The translations under genes were made by a program, and so were the position numbers. The notes beneath the pieces are model-generated. The model did no database searches and was not told the DNA's origin. It saw only the letters and a list, made by a program, of their open reading frames with translations. From Grus americana (Eukaryota), in assembly GCF_028858705.1 (NCBI RefSeq), contig NC_072852.1, positions 200,260,471 to 200,324,470 of the forward strand: a stretch of 64,000 nt of DNA. Reading direction: 5' to 3'. Positions within the stretch are counted from its first letter, which is position 1. Each line of letters begins with the position of its first letter. Of the stretch, positions 42,262 through 55,046 are shown in pieces.

Positions 42262-43262
42262 CTAGTTGGAAGTCAGTCACTACTGGTGTACTCCCGGGGT
42301 CAATACTGGGTCCGGTCCTATTTAACATCTTTGTTAATGACCTGGATGATGGCACAGAGCATACCCTCAGCAAGTTTGCAGGTGAGACAAAACTGGGAGG
42401 AGTGGCTGATACACCAGAGGGTCGTGTTGCCATCCAGAGGGACCTCGACAGGCTGGAGAAATGGGCCAACAGGAACCTCATGAAGTTCAACTAAGAGAAG
42501 TGCAAAGTCCTGCACCTGGGGAGAAACAGCCCCAGGCACCAGGACATCCTGGGAGTCACCCAGCTGGACAACAGCTTGGCAGAAAAGGACCTGGCAGACA
42601 CCAGGCTGAACACAAGCCAGCAACATGCCCTTGCTGCAAAGGCGGCCAATGGTATCCTAAGCTGCATTAGGCAAAGCATTGCCAGTAGGTCAAGGGGGGG
42701 GATCCTCCTCTTCTACTTATCGCTGGTGAGACCACACCTGGAGTACTATGGCCAATTCCAGGTGCCTCACTACAAGAGACATGGAGTTACTGGAGAGAGT
42801 CCAATGAAGGGCCACAAAGATGACAGAGGGACTGGAGTATCTGACATACGAGGAAAGGCTGAGAGAGCTGGGATTGTTCAGCCTGGAAAAGAGAAGGCTC
42901 AAGGGGGATCTTGTCAATGTGCATGTATCAATAAACACCTGAAGTGAGGGGGCAAAGAGGATGGAGCTAGGCTCTCTTCAGCGATGTGCAGTGACTGGAC
43001 AAGAGGCAATGAGCACAAACTGAAACATGGGAGGTTCCCTCTGAACATCAAGAAACACATTTTTACTGTGAGGGTGATGGAGCACTGGCACAGGTTGCCC
43101 GGAGAGGTTATGAGGTCTCCATCCTTGGAGATATTCAAAAGCCATCGAGACAGGGTCCTGGGCAATCAGCTCTAGGTGGCCCTGCTTGAGCAGGGGGGTA
43201 GGACAAGATGACCTGCAGAGGTCCCTTCCAACCTCTACCATTCTCTGTTGCTGTGATTCTGT
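42262..43262 (+). mobile_element. CR1 LINE, ~1 kb of the 3' portion (ORF2 RT C-terminal domain plus 3'UTR), in an MPHOSPH8 intron
   Basis: The sense translation reads ...[22 protein letters not shown]...FADDTKL-like...[46 protein letters not shown]..., followed by the ggtcccttccaacctctaccattctctgttgctgtgattctg tail. Several stops are present, so it is a pseudogene copy. Track ORFs 42576..42947 (+) and 42978..43409 (-) derive from it. Confidence 0.9.
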
Positions 43263-44622
43263 AATTTCATAACTGAGTTCCTTTAGAATGCATAGGCAAA
43301 TACAACCTTCCACTAGAAATGTATTTTTTGTATTTTTATTTGTATTTTTGTATTTTACTGGTTTACTAAAATGCTTTTTACCCGACATTTCACTTTGAAA
43401 ACGTTCCATAAATTTCTCTGGCTTACAGAAGGGCTCCTAACCTCCATTGTGACCACCGCTGCAATGATCATATGTGAGTGTTTGCTTATAGATCTTACTT
43501 TTTAGACTTAGTATGCTTAAATTTAGTATTTAATAAGGTTTTAAAGAAAAGATCACTAATAACTATTTAAAATAGACTAAGAATATTGGTGGTACTACAG
43601 CACGTATCAGTGACCATTACAAGGCAGTTACTGTAAAGATAGATTTAGGATGTTGGCTGATGGGAAACACAAGAGATCGGAGACAGAAAACAGCCAGGGC
43701 TCTATAAACACTAAAACAGAAGAGAATGATCTTGGACTACAAACTACTTGGTAGATTGCCTTGTATTATATAGATAAATCATTACGATGAAATAATCATA
43801 AAACAATACAAGGATCTTGCACTGAGACAGTGTTCTTCTAGAACTAACTAAGCATTCATGGCAAAATTTCAACGGCTGCAGAAGCTCTTGAAACCCTCCT
43901 TGATTCTTCTCCAAGTTTAGAGATTGTTAGTTATGATTTTCTGCCCTAATACGTTAACTATGAGTACTCCTCCAAACTGATATTTAAAGAGCTTGTTTCT
44001 TCTATGTTTGCCTCCATTTAGCATCCATATTCATCAGCTCAGTATATTTTTACATGATCATATGACATGAATGCTTCACATACCACATACACTGCACTGC
44101 TCCTTCTTCAGTCATTCTGTTGCATAATGAAGATTTTTATTTCCATCATTCACTGGCATGAAAGCTTTACCCCGGCACTCAGCTCACAGCTGATGTTTAA
44201 GTATCCAACAACACCCTAGCTATCTGCACTGACTTTTCATGGTGTTTTTGTTTGGTGTTCTTTTATGCTTTTTAGCAAGGTATTTTATTTGGCATGCCCT
44301 AATAAGAGTTTACATGCAACTGTCCAGTGCTTATACGCTTTTTAGTTTTCCTGATTGCTGTACTTCTAGTTTAAGGAATCTTCACTTCTAGTAATTACCT
44401 TTTCCTCCTTTCCATCTTTTTACTCGGTGTTTAAGCGTCTGCTAATTCTGTGAGTTTACATCATTTTCATTTCACATGATTTATTAGTTAGCTTTCTACC
44501 CAAATCAGATCTGTGTTCTTTCCTGAAATCTCCCCCCCTTTCCCCTTGACTTAAACCAAAATTATGACATCCCTAGCATTACAAACTTCACCAGAACAAA
44601 CTTCAAAGTACAGTTTACTCAC

Positions 44623-44777
44623 GTTTCCAAATGACTCTTGAGCTGCTCATAGACCAGTATGTTATTACATTGTTTAGCAAAATGCAGTGCACTGTTCTGA
44701 TGCTTTGACAAAATGTTACAGTCTGCTCCGCTTTCAATCATAAGCCGCACTATATCAGAATTCCCTCTTTTACAAGC
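44623..44777 (-). CDS. MPHOSPH8: MPHOSPH8 ankyrin-repeat exon (ACKRGNSDIVRLMIESGADCNILSKHQNSALHFAKQCNNILVYEQLKSHLE + split T)
   Basis: The frame is that of track ORF 44619..44858. Acceptor ctttctgcacag|gct and donor gaaac|gtgagt. It matches human ACKRGNSDIVRLVIECGADCNILSKHQNSALHFAKQSNNVLVYDLLKNHLET. Confidence 0.88.
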
Positions 44778-45645
44778 CTGTGCAGAAAGTGAGAAGATGG
44801 AAGGATGGACAACAATGACAAATCCCCTGTTAGACCAGAACATAACATAACATAACATTGGAGTAAGCAGAACTGTAGAAATGAATTAAAATCCAAAATT
44901 GGTTATAATTCAGAAAACAAGTTTAGGTTTTTGCTCTGCAAATGCTGATACAACTCAAAACTCAGGATCATACTCCATAAATATTTTATCTTTACACAGG
45001 CAACACTACACAACTGATCTCACAGAACCAGCAACACTCAGGATTACCAAGTAGACTTAATTGGAGGGGGGGGGGGAGATAAAACAACCCCAGAAGTTCT
45101 GTGAAAACATCTAATCTGCTGGAGTTCAGTAACTGTAAACTTTCTTACAATTGTTTACCTGAATAAATGCGTTTCTGCAGAAGTATTCAGAATGACTAAA
45201 GTAACACTTCCAAGTGCCTGTTTCTAGGAATCTCAGTTCAAATGGTACTTCAGGTGTGCGGTAAAGTAACAGAATTTGCCCCAAAATGTTATTTAGCTAT
45301 GCTAGACAGTCACCATTATCAACTGCCTAAGTGTCCAAGGCTGTTTGCTCAACATTACTCACAGCAAGAATTTCAGGGCATGTCAACCAAAGACTTGACA
45401 GAAGTACATGAAAGTCTGAAGAAAGCTTTACTTTGAAGAATGCAAACACATGCTCTTGGTCACTTGTTTTCAAACGCTTCAACTCAGACAAATTAGGGAA
45501 AGGCACAAGAGAGATACATTTCTATCTTCATGAGGCATTTCAGAAGTTAACTTCTGAAGTTTGTCTCAGCTCTGAACTTTCATCTGTGCTTTCAATCCAT
45601 AATCTTCCATAAACAAATAAACCCACTTGCCCTCCCTACAAAAAA

Positions 45646-45671
45646 TCCACCAAAAAAAAAAAAAAAAAATC
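45646..45671 (+). repeat. poly(A) tract (~20 nt) in an MPHOSPH8 intron
   Basis: The sequence reads ccaccaaaaaaaaaaaaaaaaaaatcacac. Confidence 0.9.
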
Positions 45672-46746
45672 ACACACCACCTCAGAGACAGGAATTAAGT
45701 GCCAAGACTTTTGCTTCCCCCCCCCTCTTTTAAGAAGCATGACCCGATTCCTAAGGATAAATAAGAGTGACTTGATAAACACATTTGTATTTTTATCCAC
45801 ACGTAGCTAAACTTTTTCCAGTAAGTTACTATTCTTTGTATCTGCAGAGCAAAAGAAATATCTGGAATAAGTCACTGTAGGCTACCAATTAGAAGAACGT
45901 ACAGCTATGCATCAAATACTAAAAAAACCCTTAAAAACAATGAAGGTCAAAACTGAGGTTCATGGAGGCAGCCAAATTACGAAAAGTTTTTGGACTGAAG
46001 TGGCTGAGGAAACCACAAGTGTGTTACCATTTTCTTTACAGAAAATGTGAATTCCCCACTCCTGCTAAGCCTTGCAGAGCACAGAACAGAAACAACACCA
46101 CATTGTCTTGGACAGAAAAGCTTTTGTAACTTCTTCTGCAAACAAATTGCCTTAAACAGCCTACATATAAATACAGCAAGTTTATCAGGAAGGAGAACTT
46201 TGGTGAAATTATCTGACATAAACAAAAAAACCTCTAAGAGTAGCACAGACTGTTTTAAGGGTCTTAGACTTTTCCCATTATAACAAACTAAAATAAAAAA
46301 AAAAAATTTCCTTTGTGATGTTGGGGAGTAAAAGTGCAGAACGGGCAGTGGGAAGGAGACTGCAAACGTGTTATTTCTGGCCTGTGATGAAATGACAAGA
46401 GTCAATCACAGCAACACCGAAGTGAAAGATTCTCCTTTCTGGAATTTTTTTCTTCCTGCTGATTTTCTCAGTTTTAAGACCAGATCTGCATTTCTTTGAG
46501 CCAAACAATGAAGAGGATTATGAGCCACATTCACTGTATGCTGATAGCACCTGCATTTATTGTTTAGATATAACAGTACATTAAAAAAGTTATTCTAGGC
46601 AATGTTTTAATCCCTAAGAGTAGTATTTGTATTTCAAATATAGTACGTGTTCCATAAATCAACTCTACAAATATGCTTTTAAGTTTTACTAGTTTTTGCA
46701 AAAAGTATTTACTATTAAGACATATCAAGACAAACAGTGAATTTAC

Positions 46747-46833
46747 CTTCATTAAAGCAGTTTCACCACTGCTCTGCTGCATGTTCACATATGCCCCAGC
46801 TTCCAGAAGAATAGCTACTGTTGTTAGAAAATT
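46747..46833 (-). CDS. MPHOSPH8: MPHOSPH8 ankyrin-repeat exon (NFLTTVAILLEAGAYVNMQQSSGETALMK)
   Basis: The frame is that of track ORF 46564..46860. Acceptor ttttttcag|aatttt and donor aag|gtaaat. It matches human NFLTTVAILLEAGAFVNVQQSNGETALMK. Coordinates are +/-1. Confidence 0.85.
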
Positions 46834-47638
46834 CTGAAAAAAAACAAAACCACAAAACAAGTAAGTAGAAAATATTGTGGTTTTGTTTCAGAATATAAAG
46901 TGACGTTTATTGAAAACCCATCAGTAAAATCCAAAGCACGAGGCATGACACAATTAACATTGTTTTCTCCCATGGTTAATAAAGAGCAATTCAGACTTGG
47001 GCAAGTAGATGGCAACGAGTATTTAAAAGCCTTTTTTTTTTCCTAAATCTTGCAGCAGTTAACAGCACAGGAAGAAAACTGTATGTTTGCATTAATCACC
47101 AAACTGGAATCAAGCTCCCTTTTGGCCTTGTATGTACTGTACATGGGAAAACACATGAACCAACCTGACCAAAAGCCCACCCATGAAACATCCTCTAACT
47201 TGCTAGTCCAGTTGGTGTTAGTTTGAGAAGGGCTTGCCACTGCCTCCATATCCCAACTCTCGAATAGTAAACCCTGCTTAATCAGCAATTTGCTCTCAAA
47301 GTCTCCCAAGTTTGGATCCTCTGTAGCCAGTGATCATAACAAGCAATTCTAACACAAGAACTTCAGCTCCCATGACAGACAAATTCAGAGATATCCTTTG
47401 CCTCCACTTTCCCCTCTAGGTAACCAGCCCTACAATATTCTCTACTCAGGCTATGGTTTGTGGTCAGAATTTATTTACACTACAGTAACCACAGCCGCTG
47501 AAATTATGCTGTTAAGGTCACCCTGCTATATCCTGCTAACTACTTTTCGGGCATCATCCGAGGGAAAAGAATTGTGTACAACTTTTAAACATACGTAAAA
47601 GAGCCAAGAATCACAAATATGACAACAACCAAGCCAAC

Positions 47639-47779
47639 CTTTTCAGCTGCGTGTATCAATGCAGTTGTTCCATTTTTCTGTCTACCATTAACTTTAGCTC
47701 CTTTCCTGATTAGGACCCGGAGAAGGTCATCATGCCCACCAGCAGCAGCATGCATTACTAGGGTCATGCCACTTGAGTC
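47639..47779 (-). CDS. MPHOSPH8: MPHOSPH8 ankyrin-repeat exon (DSSGMTLVMHAAAGGHDDLLRVLIRKGAKVNGRQKNGTTALIHAAEK)
   Basis: The frame is that of track ORF 47585..47788. The acceptor is ttcttgttgcag|gac and the donor is the weak GT aag|gttggc. It is near-identical to the first ANK repeat of human MPP8. Confidence 0.85.
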
Positions 47780-48951
47780 CTGCAACAAGAATCATTGCCA
47801 TTAAAAAAATTTTAAGAAAATAATAAAAAAAAACCCCAAATATTTTCAGATAAATCAAAGCCACAACACAAAAATTGCAAGTGTGTCAACAGGTTTCACA
47901 AAGATTCCCCTTCCTGGCAGAAGAATTCACACACATGACTGCCAGATAACAACAAACTATCACCTCCCACTTCCCTGTCCAGAGGCCTCACAGGCTGAGC
48001 TCCACAATCTGCAAAACCCGTAACATTCCAAGGACCAGAACAAGGAGGAGGAAAACCAGAATAAGCCAGAAAGCAAGGCAGCAAGGTACTTGACGGTGGG
48101 GAAGACGGCAAGACAGTGGAAAAAGAAATCAACAGCCACTGGAGGAAAAACACAATGGCTCAAGTCAGCTGCTACCACATCGCTGCTTTTGGATTTTATC
48201 AGAGTGTAAGTATGAAGAGACTTCTCTGAGTGGCCAGTCTCCTCACTCATTCTTGCATTTTCCACCAGACACTACAATTCACAGAATACATGCTTGCCTC
48301 AGTAGTTCATTTGGCATTTTTTCTACTACGCTACAGAAATCTTAGCATAATGTATACTTCTCAAAATGCTACATAATTGTCTCGTGCAGACAACTACACA
48401 AGACCACCAGTGAAATATTGATATCAGAGATTATAATCCTCAAACATTGAGCTATAGTACTATTTAATAGGAAAATAGATCCTTGAAAGAAAAACTAGTA
48501 AGAACACAGCTGATTAAGAACTGGCAGAAAACTAACTACTCATTAAGTGGTCCCAGTCTGTCAAACAGAACATTCTTTTTTTATTTTTATTTATGTATAG
48601 ATGTTTTACACAGTTTAGCCACTTGATCCGATGGGTATCATTATTCCTTATAGCACGTAAAGTTCTAAATTTAATATTCAGTTATACCCAGTGGGCAAAT
48701 CTGCTGCAAATCCAGCTGCTGGAATGCTTCTATCAAACTACTTTTATCAAAATTCATTTTTTCTTTGGAAGAAATGGATAACAAGTATTGAAGCCTTGAA
48801 TTCTATACTCCCTCTTCTCATCTTGTATGTTTTTTTTTTTTAAGGTGACACAGACATCTGCTACTAGCAAGAGGAGAAAACTTTTCAATCAATCCAAATT
48901 CGTACTCTTCCCTCCCACACCCCTCCAATGCTTCTATTGCAGAAAAATTAC

Positions 48952-49040
48952 CTCTTGATCCAGATTATACTCCTCATTTGAAGAAAGTGCCATCTTTACT
49001 GTCATATAATCCCCACTTTTAACAGCATCCCTCAGGAGAG
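48952..49040 (-). CDS. MPHOSPH8: MPHOSPH8 exon (LLRDAVKSGDYMTVKMALSSNEEYNLDQE)
   Basis: Acceptor ttactttctag|ct and donor gatcaagag|gtaatt. It matches human VLRDAVKNGDYITVKVALNSNEEYNLDQE. Confidence 0.82.
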
Positions 49041-49125
49041 CTAGAAAGTAAATTCAATGCAGTTATAGATATTTCACTTTGAAACACCAGCTAAGAAATG
49101 TCCCTTCCTCCCAGCAACTACTCAC

Positions 49126-49251
49126 TACTTGATATTGGTTCTGTTGACACATGATTCTCATCATCTCCATCAAGATGCTTCTGAAAGTCTTCTAATGTCA
49201 GCCATTCTAACTGCATGTCCATACCCAAACTCAAGACTTGTTGCTTGCCAT
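49126..49251 (-). CDS. MPHOSPH8: MPHOSPH8 exon (DGKQQVLSLGMDMQLEWLTLEDFQKHLDGDDENHVSTEPISS)
   Basis: Acceptor tgcaatag|atggcaag and donor tcaagta|gtgagtag. It matches human DGRQQILSLGMDLQLEWMKLEDFQKHLDGKDENFAATDAIPS. The split codons are consistent with the flanking exons. Confidence 0.82.
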
Positions 49252-49708
49252 CTATTGCATATTTGATTTTATGGGAGAAAAAAATGTAAAATAAGTAATA
49301 AGTAACTTACAAATTTCCAAACCATTCATTGCTTGCCATTGCTTCAATGATCAGCAGCTTAACATACTACTACTTTACATTCAAATAAACTCTGGAAGTC
49401 AGCGTGGAATGGTTCCAAACAATGAAGGCTACATTACAAATGGACATAAAATGCTTTTACTTGAAACAAACCGTTTATCTGTTGTAATAAATTAGGCTGA
49501 AGTGATAAGAGATGATGCACTCTCCATCACTGTAATAACAGAAACACACTGGAAACACACTGAAAAGTTATCAGTGAGTTTCAAAAGAAAACATCATTTC
49601 AGCCTCCTGGGGAGACAAGAATTGGAGCACTAAAAGATACAAGCAGGAATGGAGAAAATAGTAACTGCCAGTGCTCAACCTTCCCCTGCATTTGTTTCTA
49701 CTGCTCAC

Positions 49709-49957
49709 CAGCGTTCTCCATTTGACATACATCCACTACTTCTCGATCACCTTCTGCAGCAATGTAAGTCCATGTGTCTGTTTCATCTCTTATGTTCCTC
49801 CTTTCCTTGTACACCTTGCTGCCTTTTGATTTTAATTCTTCTATGAATTTATATTCTAGCGAAGATTCTTCTCTTTTGCAGTTATTCTCAGAATATTCAC
49901 TTTTTTCTTCTGAAGCTACATTAAACAAGTCAAATGCACTTTTGATGTCCTTAAAGC
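49709..49957 (-). CDS. MPHOSPH8: MPHOSPH8 exon (FKDIKSAFDLFNVASEEKSEYSENNCKREESSLEYKFIEELKSKGSKVYKERRNIRDETDTWTYIAAEGDREVVDVCQMENA)
   Basis: The frame is that of track ORF 49698..50000. Acceptor ttaatattctag|gc and donor gctg|gtgagc. It matches human ...IRNAFDLFKLTPEEKNDVSENNRKREE...RDETDTWAYIAAEGDQEVLDSVCQADEN. The low coordinate is +/-1 because my indexing disagreed with the track here. Confidence 0.85.
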
Positions 49958-50991
49958 CTAGAATATTAAGACAGTTACCAAGAGTGACTACTTGAGCCAC
50001 TAAAGACTATTGCATAACAAAGTTTAAGTGAGTGACCAGAGTCCATTTAGAAAAGGTCTGATCTCTTTCCATAAGTTAATCATTGCTGAAATGCAGGAGC
50101 AAGCTTAACCGCATCAGCCAAAAATCAGGGAGAGCTAGTTCACCTCCAGCTACCGTGGCAAGTCCGAGTTCTGATTGCTTTCAACATGGTACCATCTTCT
50201 TTTTAAGAAATGTAGTTTAGAATTATGCATAAATTACTACTTGGAAAATATGGTTCAGTATCTTTGATGAACAGACGAAGGACACATGCTGTATAAGGAA
50301 CAATAATTAATCATTCTGTTTGTTACTTTTTTAAGCATTGTAAGCATCTATGCTACTTTCAGTGAAAGATGTTTCTCTAGCAACAGCTATTTGAAGCATC
50401 ATAGCTCCTCCTATATCCATTCATGATTATCAAAGGTGAAGTTACCTAGTTTTCCTCAGTTCATCCTCATCACAGTAGTGAGGGAATTTATCCTGAATAA
50501 AATCATCCAGAATTTTACTGACATCAAGAGTGGTATCATTAATACTCCATTATACTATTAAGAATAGAAATACAACCTAGACATTTTTTCTTCATGTATC
50601 AAATCATCCAGTTCTGGTGATATTTTAAGGGTTGTATAATGTAACTCATCATTGTGGCTAATGCAAGAGGCAAGAAGTTTGCCTGATGGGAACCTCTACT
50701 AGTTTTTTCTAAACATAGAAAGTGCGTATTCATAGTATCATCAGAACACTTCCGGAAAGAGCCAATAGTTGGATGAACTCCATGCTTCATACATGAAAGT
50801 ACATACAGCATTCTCATGAAGCATATATTAACAAAGCCATTAAACAGCAGACTTTTGCTTCCTAAAATAAAAGCAGAAATTCTTCTTTCTGTAATGTGTT
50901 ATAAAACTATACAATGTCCACTCTTTAAAAAATAAGAGAAGAATGTCCGAAAAGGTCTTTCCCTTCTCTCTTTTAAGCAGTTAGCACTTAC

Positions 50992-51088
50992 TTTTTAGGC
51001 CCTTTTGTTCTTTCCTGCTCTTGTCTTCTTTTTCAGACTCTTTTTTTTGAGATTTTTCTTTTGTTTCAGTTTTCTTTATTTCTTTCTC
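50992..51088 (-). CDS. MPHOSPH8: MPHOSPH8 exon (EKEIKKTETKEKSQKKESEKEDKSRKEQKGLK)
   Basis: Acceptor ctcaatatcag|gagaaa and donor ctaaaaa|gtaagt. It aligns to human ...DKETKRNESKEKYQKRHDSDKEEKGRKEPKGLK, and the phase is compatible with both neighbours. Confidence 0.8.
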
Positions 51089-51949
51089 CTGATATTGAGA
51101 ACAAAGATCAAATTAAAGTGGTAGAGAAAAAATGGAAACTAAACTCCTTTCACCAGTCCAATGATAAAATATATTTAAAACTAATACTACTGAAATGTGT
51201 ACATAACAGACTTGTGAACATTCCTAAGAAAAGAATTAAACAGGTGAGTCAGAAGTTAAGTGTGTGAAGGCTTCTTCCATAAGAGAATAGGTGTTATTTC
51301 CAAAATAAACCAACTTCAATTCAGATTTTTACTGCATCCCAACCATGAATAGTGCTTTATGGCATGAGGTGCGGATATGCCAAAACCAGCATTCTGAGGA
51401 AATTAAAATTCTGAACTTTTCATTTGTTCCAAATACTGAACCTGAGCAAAATGTAATTATTTCAAAGTATTTAACACCTTTGTAGCACCATATTCAAAGC
51501 AGTTACGATAGCACTGACTTGAACCTTAACTGAGAAAACTTGACAGAAGGTTCCAAGTTTTCCAATTCACACATAAGGAACATTATGGCAACAGTCATTT
51601 GTGGAAAGACAGACACTCAGGAAAATCCACCCAAACCTACCATATCCATGCACAAGACTGAGCTTAGCAATATCCAGTATCACAGAAGAAATCTATGGTA
51701 AATGTAGATATATCATCAAATTCGCCAAAATAGAATTCAACCGCCTCCACCAAAGGTTGCCTTTCTTGTCCTGTAATCCTCCCTCTCCATTCAGCCAGCA
51801 AATTCCAAACCACTGAGTAGTGTGACAAGGCTCCTTAGCATGGCTTTGTATCAGCCCCGACACTAACGTGGTACATGGAATAGCATAAGCTTTCTGAAAA
51901 ACCGCCCCGAAAGTAGTACCCACAAGAACTACAGACTGAATTTATCATT

Positions 51950-52965
51950 AAATCATAGAATCATTTTGGTTGGAAAAGACATTTAAGATCATCAAGTCCA
52001 ACTGTTAACCTAGCACTGCCAAGGCCACCACTAAACCATGTCCCTAAGCACCACATCTACACACCTTTTAAATATCTCCAGGGATGGTGACTCAACCACT
52101 TCCCTGGGCAGCCTGGTCCAACCCTTGACAACCCTTTCGATGAAGAAATTTTTCCTAATAAACCTCCCCTGGCACAACTTGAGGCCATTTCCTCTTGTCC
52201 TATTGCTTGTTACTTGGGAGAAGAGACCAACACCCACCCTGCTACAACCTCCTTTCAGGCAGTTGTAGAGAGCAGTAAGGTCTCCCCTCAGCCTCCTTTT
52301 CTCCAGGCTAAATAACCCCAGTTCCCTCAGCCGCCCCTTGTAAGACTTGTGCTCTAGACCCTTCACCACATTCACTGCTGTTCTTTGGACATGCTCCAGC
52401 ACGTCAATGTCTTTCTTGTAGCGAGGGGTCCAAAACTGAACACAATACTCAAGGTGCGGCCTCACCAGTGCCGAGTACAGGGAGACGATCACTTGCCTAG
52501 TCCTGCTGGCCACACTATTTCTGATGCAAGCCAGGATGCTGTTGGCCTTCTTGGCCACCTGGGTACACCGCTGGCTCATATTCATCCAACTGTCGACCAA
52601 CACCTCCAGGTCTTTTTCCACCAGGCAGCTTTCCAGCCCCTCTTCCCCAAGCCTGTAGCGCTGCCTGGGGTTGTTGTGACCCAAGTGCAGGACCCAGCAC
52701 TGAGCCTTGTTGAAGCTCATACAGTTGGTCTCAGCCCATCAATCCAGCCTGTCCAGACCCCTCTGCAGAGCCTTCTTACCTTCAAGTGGATCAACACTCC
52801 CACCCAACTTGGTGTTGTCTGCAAACTTACTGAGGGTGCACTTGATCCCCTCATCCAGATCATTGATAAAGATATTAAACAGAACTGGCCCCAATACTGA
52901 GCCCTGGGGAACACCACTTGTGACTGGCCACCAACTGGATTTAACTTCATTCACTTCAACTAAAA
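51950..52965 (-). mobile_element. CR1 LINE, ~1 kb of the 3' portion (RT-sense on the - strand)
   Basis: The - strand track ORF 52031..52720 (229 aa) is CR1 ORF2 ([36 protein letters not shown]...[22 protein letters not shown]...). The tail is catagaatcattttggttggaaaagac, read as a reverse complement. Confidence 0.9.
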
Positions 52966-55046
52966 TAGATGAATTTGGTGTATCATAAGGTGTTAGCAGA
53001 CCTGACACATTCAATGATTTTTCTCACCCTCTCGCTCCCCTCCACAAAACCTCAGCTTTTGATCACTGACATGATTAACTAGTAGCACAGACAGCTGTTA
53101 ATCCCAGCAGATGCCCAGTATTTAGGAGGGGACCCATAACTTACTAAAGGGATTACCAGGTATTTGCTACACTGAGGGGCTGTTAAAATCTGTAATCCTG
53201 ATTTTTATTCCAGATTTCCAGTATTGATCAGATGCACAATGTACACTGCACATTTATTTTTGGAGGTAAATCAAATGGAAAGAATGATTCTGCATGCAAA
53301 CTGACTCCGAACAGAAAATACTGGATTATAAATTGACATGACAGTGTTCTGTAATCAGAGCTACAAAAGGAAAGACAGGTAGCTGAAACACACAATGCTT
53401 TTATTTGAAAAGAACAACCTGCTTGGGCCAACAATTTAGTGAAGCCAAAAAACCTCCAGAACTCTCCACCAAACCCACCCATGTATTAAGTACACAGCTG
53501 CTCTGGAGAATAACTAACCAGTTACAGAAAACATTGTTTAAGCCTCCTAGACTTAGGAAAGCAAAAGAGCAGAACACCTTCCTTGGTACCTTGGAGCAAG
53601 ACCTTCCATGGAGCACGACCACGAGAAAGGCATATAGACAACTCTTACTGAGAGTGCTGGCTGAAGAGCCATAAGCAAACCAACTTGCATCTGCTCTTGA
53701 TTTCTCCATGTTTAGGGTGACAGAATTTTTATAATACTAGTAAGTAAAACAGAATGCCAAAGATTTATGTGATTATCATCACTGATGAATGCTATAGCCC
53801 CAAACTATTACTCAAGTATTTTCTCATAAAGGGCCATACAATTTCAGCTAGTTAAATAACTTTCTGAAACTGGGGTATGCCTCATAGTACTTGTTTAACC
53901 TTGTTTACAAAAGATTTCACCACTAAGCTCCTGCAAAACCACTATTTTCTGTGGCTCTACTCTGAGATTATGCCACGTAATTCTCTATCCCCAAATCAAC
54001 TTCCTTATGTTTAGTGGCCTACTCCATACATACAACAATCTTAAACAGAGGAACACAGCTGAACCTACAGAAGAAACTTGCCGCCACAGAGTTATGGCCT
54101 CAGAAGAAGTGGGATATAATCCAGTAAGCATCAAGGTGTTTTGGCTGCAATCCTGTTACAATCAGAAAGAGGTTTCTCTGAGCAGCCAAAGTTTTATGAG
54201 CTGCAAACTGTATTAGAACAGTCTGAAGCAGCTGAAGGAAATGATATTGTCAGAAACATTCCAGAAATATTGGGGGGTTTTTCCCATTAATTTTTTTTCT
54301 TCTTTTACCTTTACCATACTGCTTTTCTTAAAACATTACTGTATTAAATAAGGAAAAATAAATATTCCAGTATTTGCTTAGCTCATTTCTTAGAACAGGT
54401 ACAGCATTTGTAATTAATATGAAACCATGTCATGAAACTAAGCATTTTCTATAAGCACCCCAGGAATTCTAACATGACAAGCCAGCTGCACAATTATCTT
54501 GGAGACTTGGGCTTGGAAGTGATTTCAGCATTCCAATTCTCAGGTAGACACTAATGCATGTAAGGTATGACAGAGTGGCTGGCTTTTGAGAGAGATCAAG
54601 TGTGTGCTTTAGCTCAAAAGTGCACTTCATTGTGCAGTGCTGGATGGACAGTTGCTCAAGACTGAATGTCTTACTACACAAGTAGAAAAAAGTCAAACTG
54701 AGGCAATTGTTGAAGTGCGGGGAACAGAGCTAAAAATGACAGTATGCTTTGGAGGAACAGTAAATTTCATTCTAACTAAGTACACATAACAAACAGAAGA
54801 AATTCATACTTTCATATTTAAAGACACTCTTCTCTCCTAAAGTGCTCCCTCCTTTATAGTGTTCAGAATCGAGAAATTTTTCGGTCTCCCCTACACATTG
54901 TCACTGGGCCTTTCTTTAGCTTCATTAACTTTCCAATTTGTATTTTTCTCTTTGCCATCACAAACAGTAGCCTTTTAAGATATCTGTACCTCAAAGATGT
55001 TTGATGTAATCCCCAGCCCCCACCCCAATGCCTTAATATTGCTTAC

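Noticed and set aside
42978-43409. 143-aa ORF on the - strand, plus ORFs 29392..29886 (+) and 52385..52900 (+)
   Set aside because: These are spurious open frames on the antisense strand of CR1 copies. This is a well-known artefact of CR1 sequence composition.
49681-49745. Apparent 1-bp frame inconsistency between my reading of the sequence (…ccactactttctcgatcac…) and the frames implied by track ORFs 49649..49846 (+) and 49698..50000 (-)
   Set aside because: This is most likely my own indexing or reading error in a T-homopolymer. It is not a biological frameshift. I used the track frames for the exon 49709-49957 and flag all coordinates as +/-2 bp.
52031-52720. 229-aa ORF (- strand) and the similar ORFs 56754..57320, 56386..56931, 57701..58069 and 30028..30384
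   Set aside because: These are reverse-transcriptase (ORF2) remnants of CR1 LINEs, with diagnostic motifs and CR1 tails adjacent. They are not host genes.
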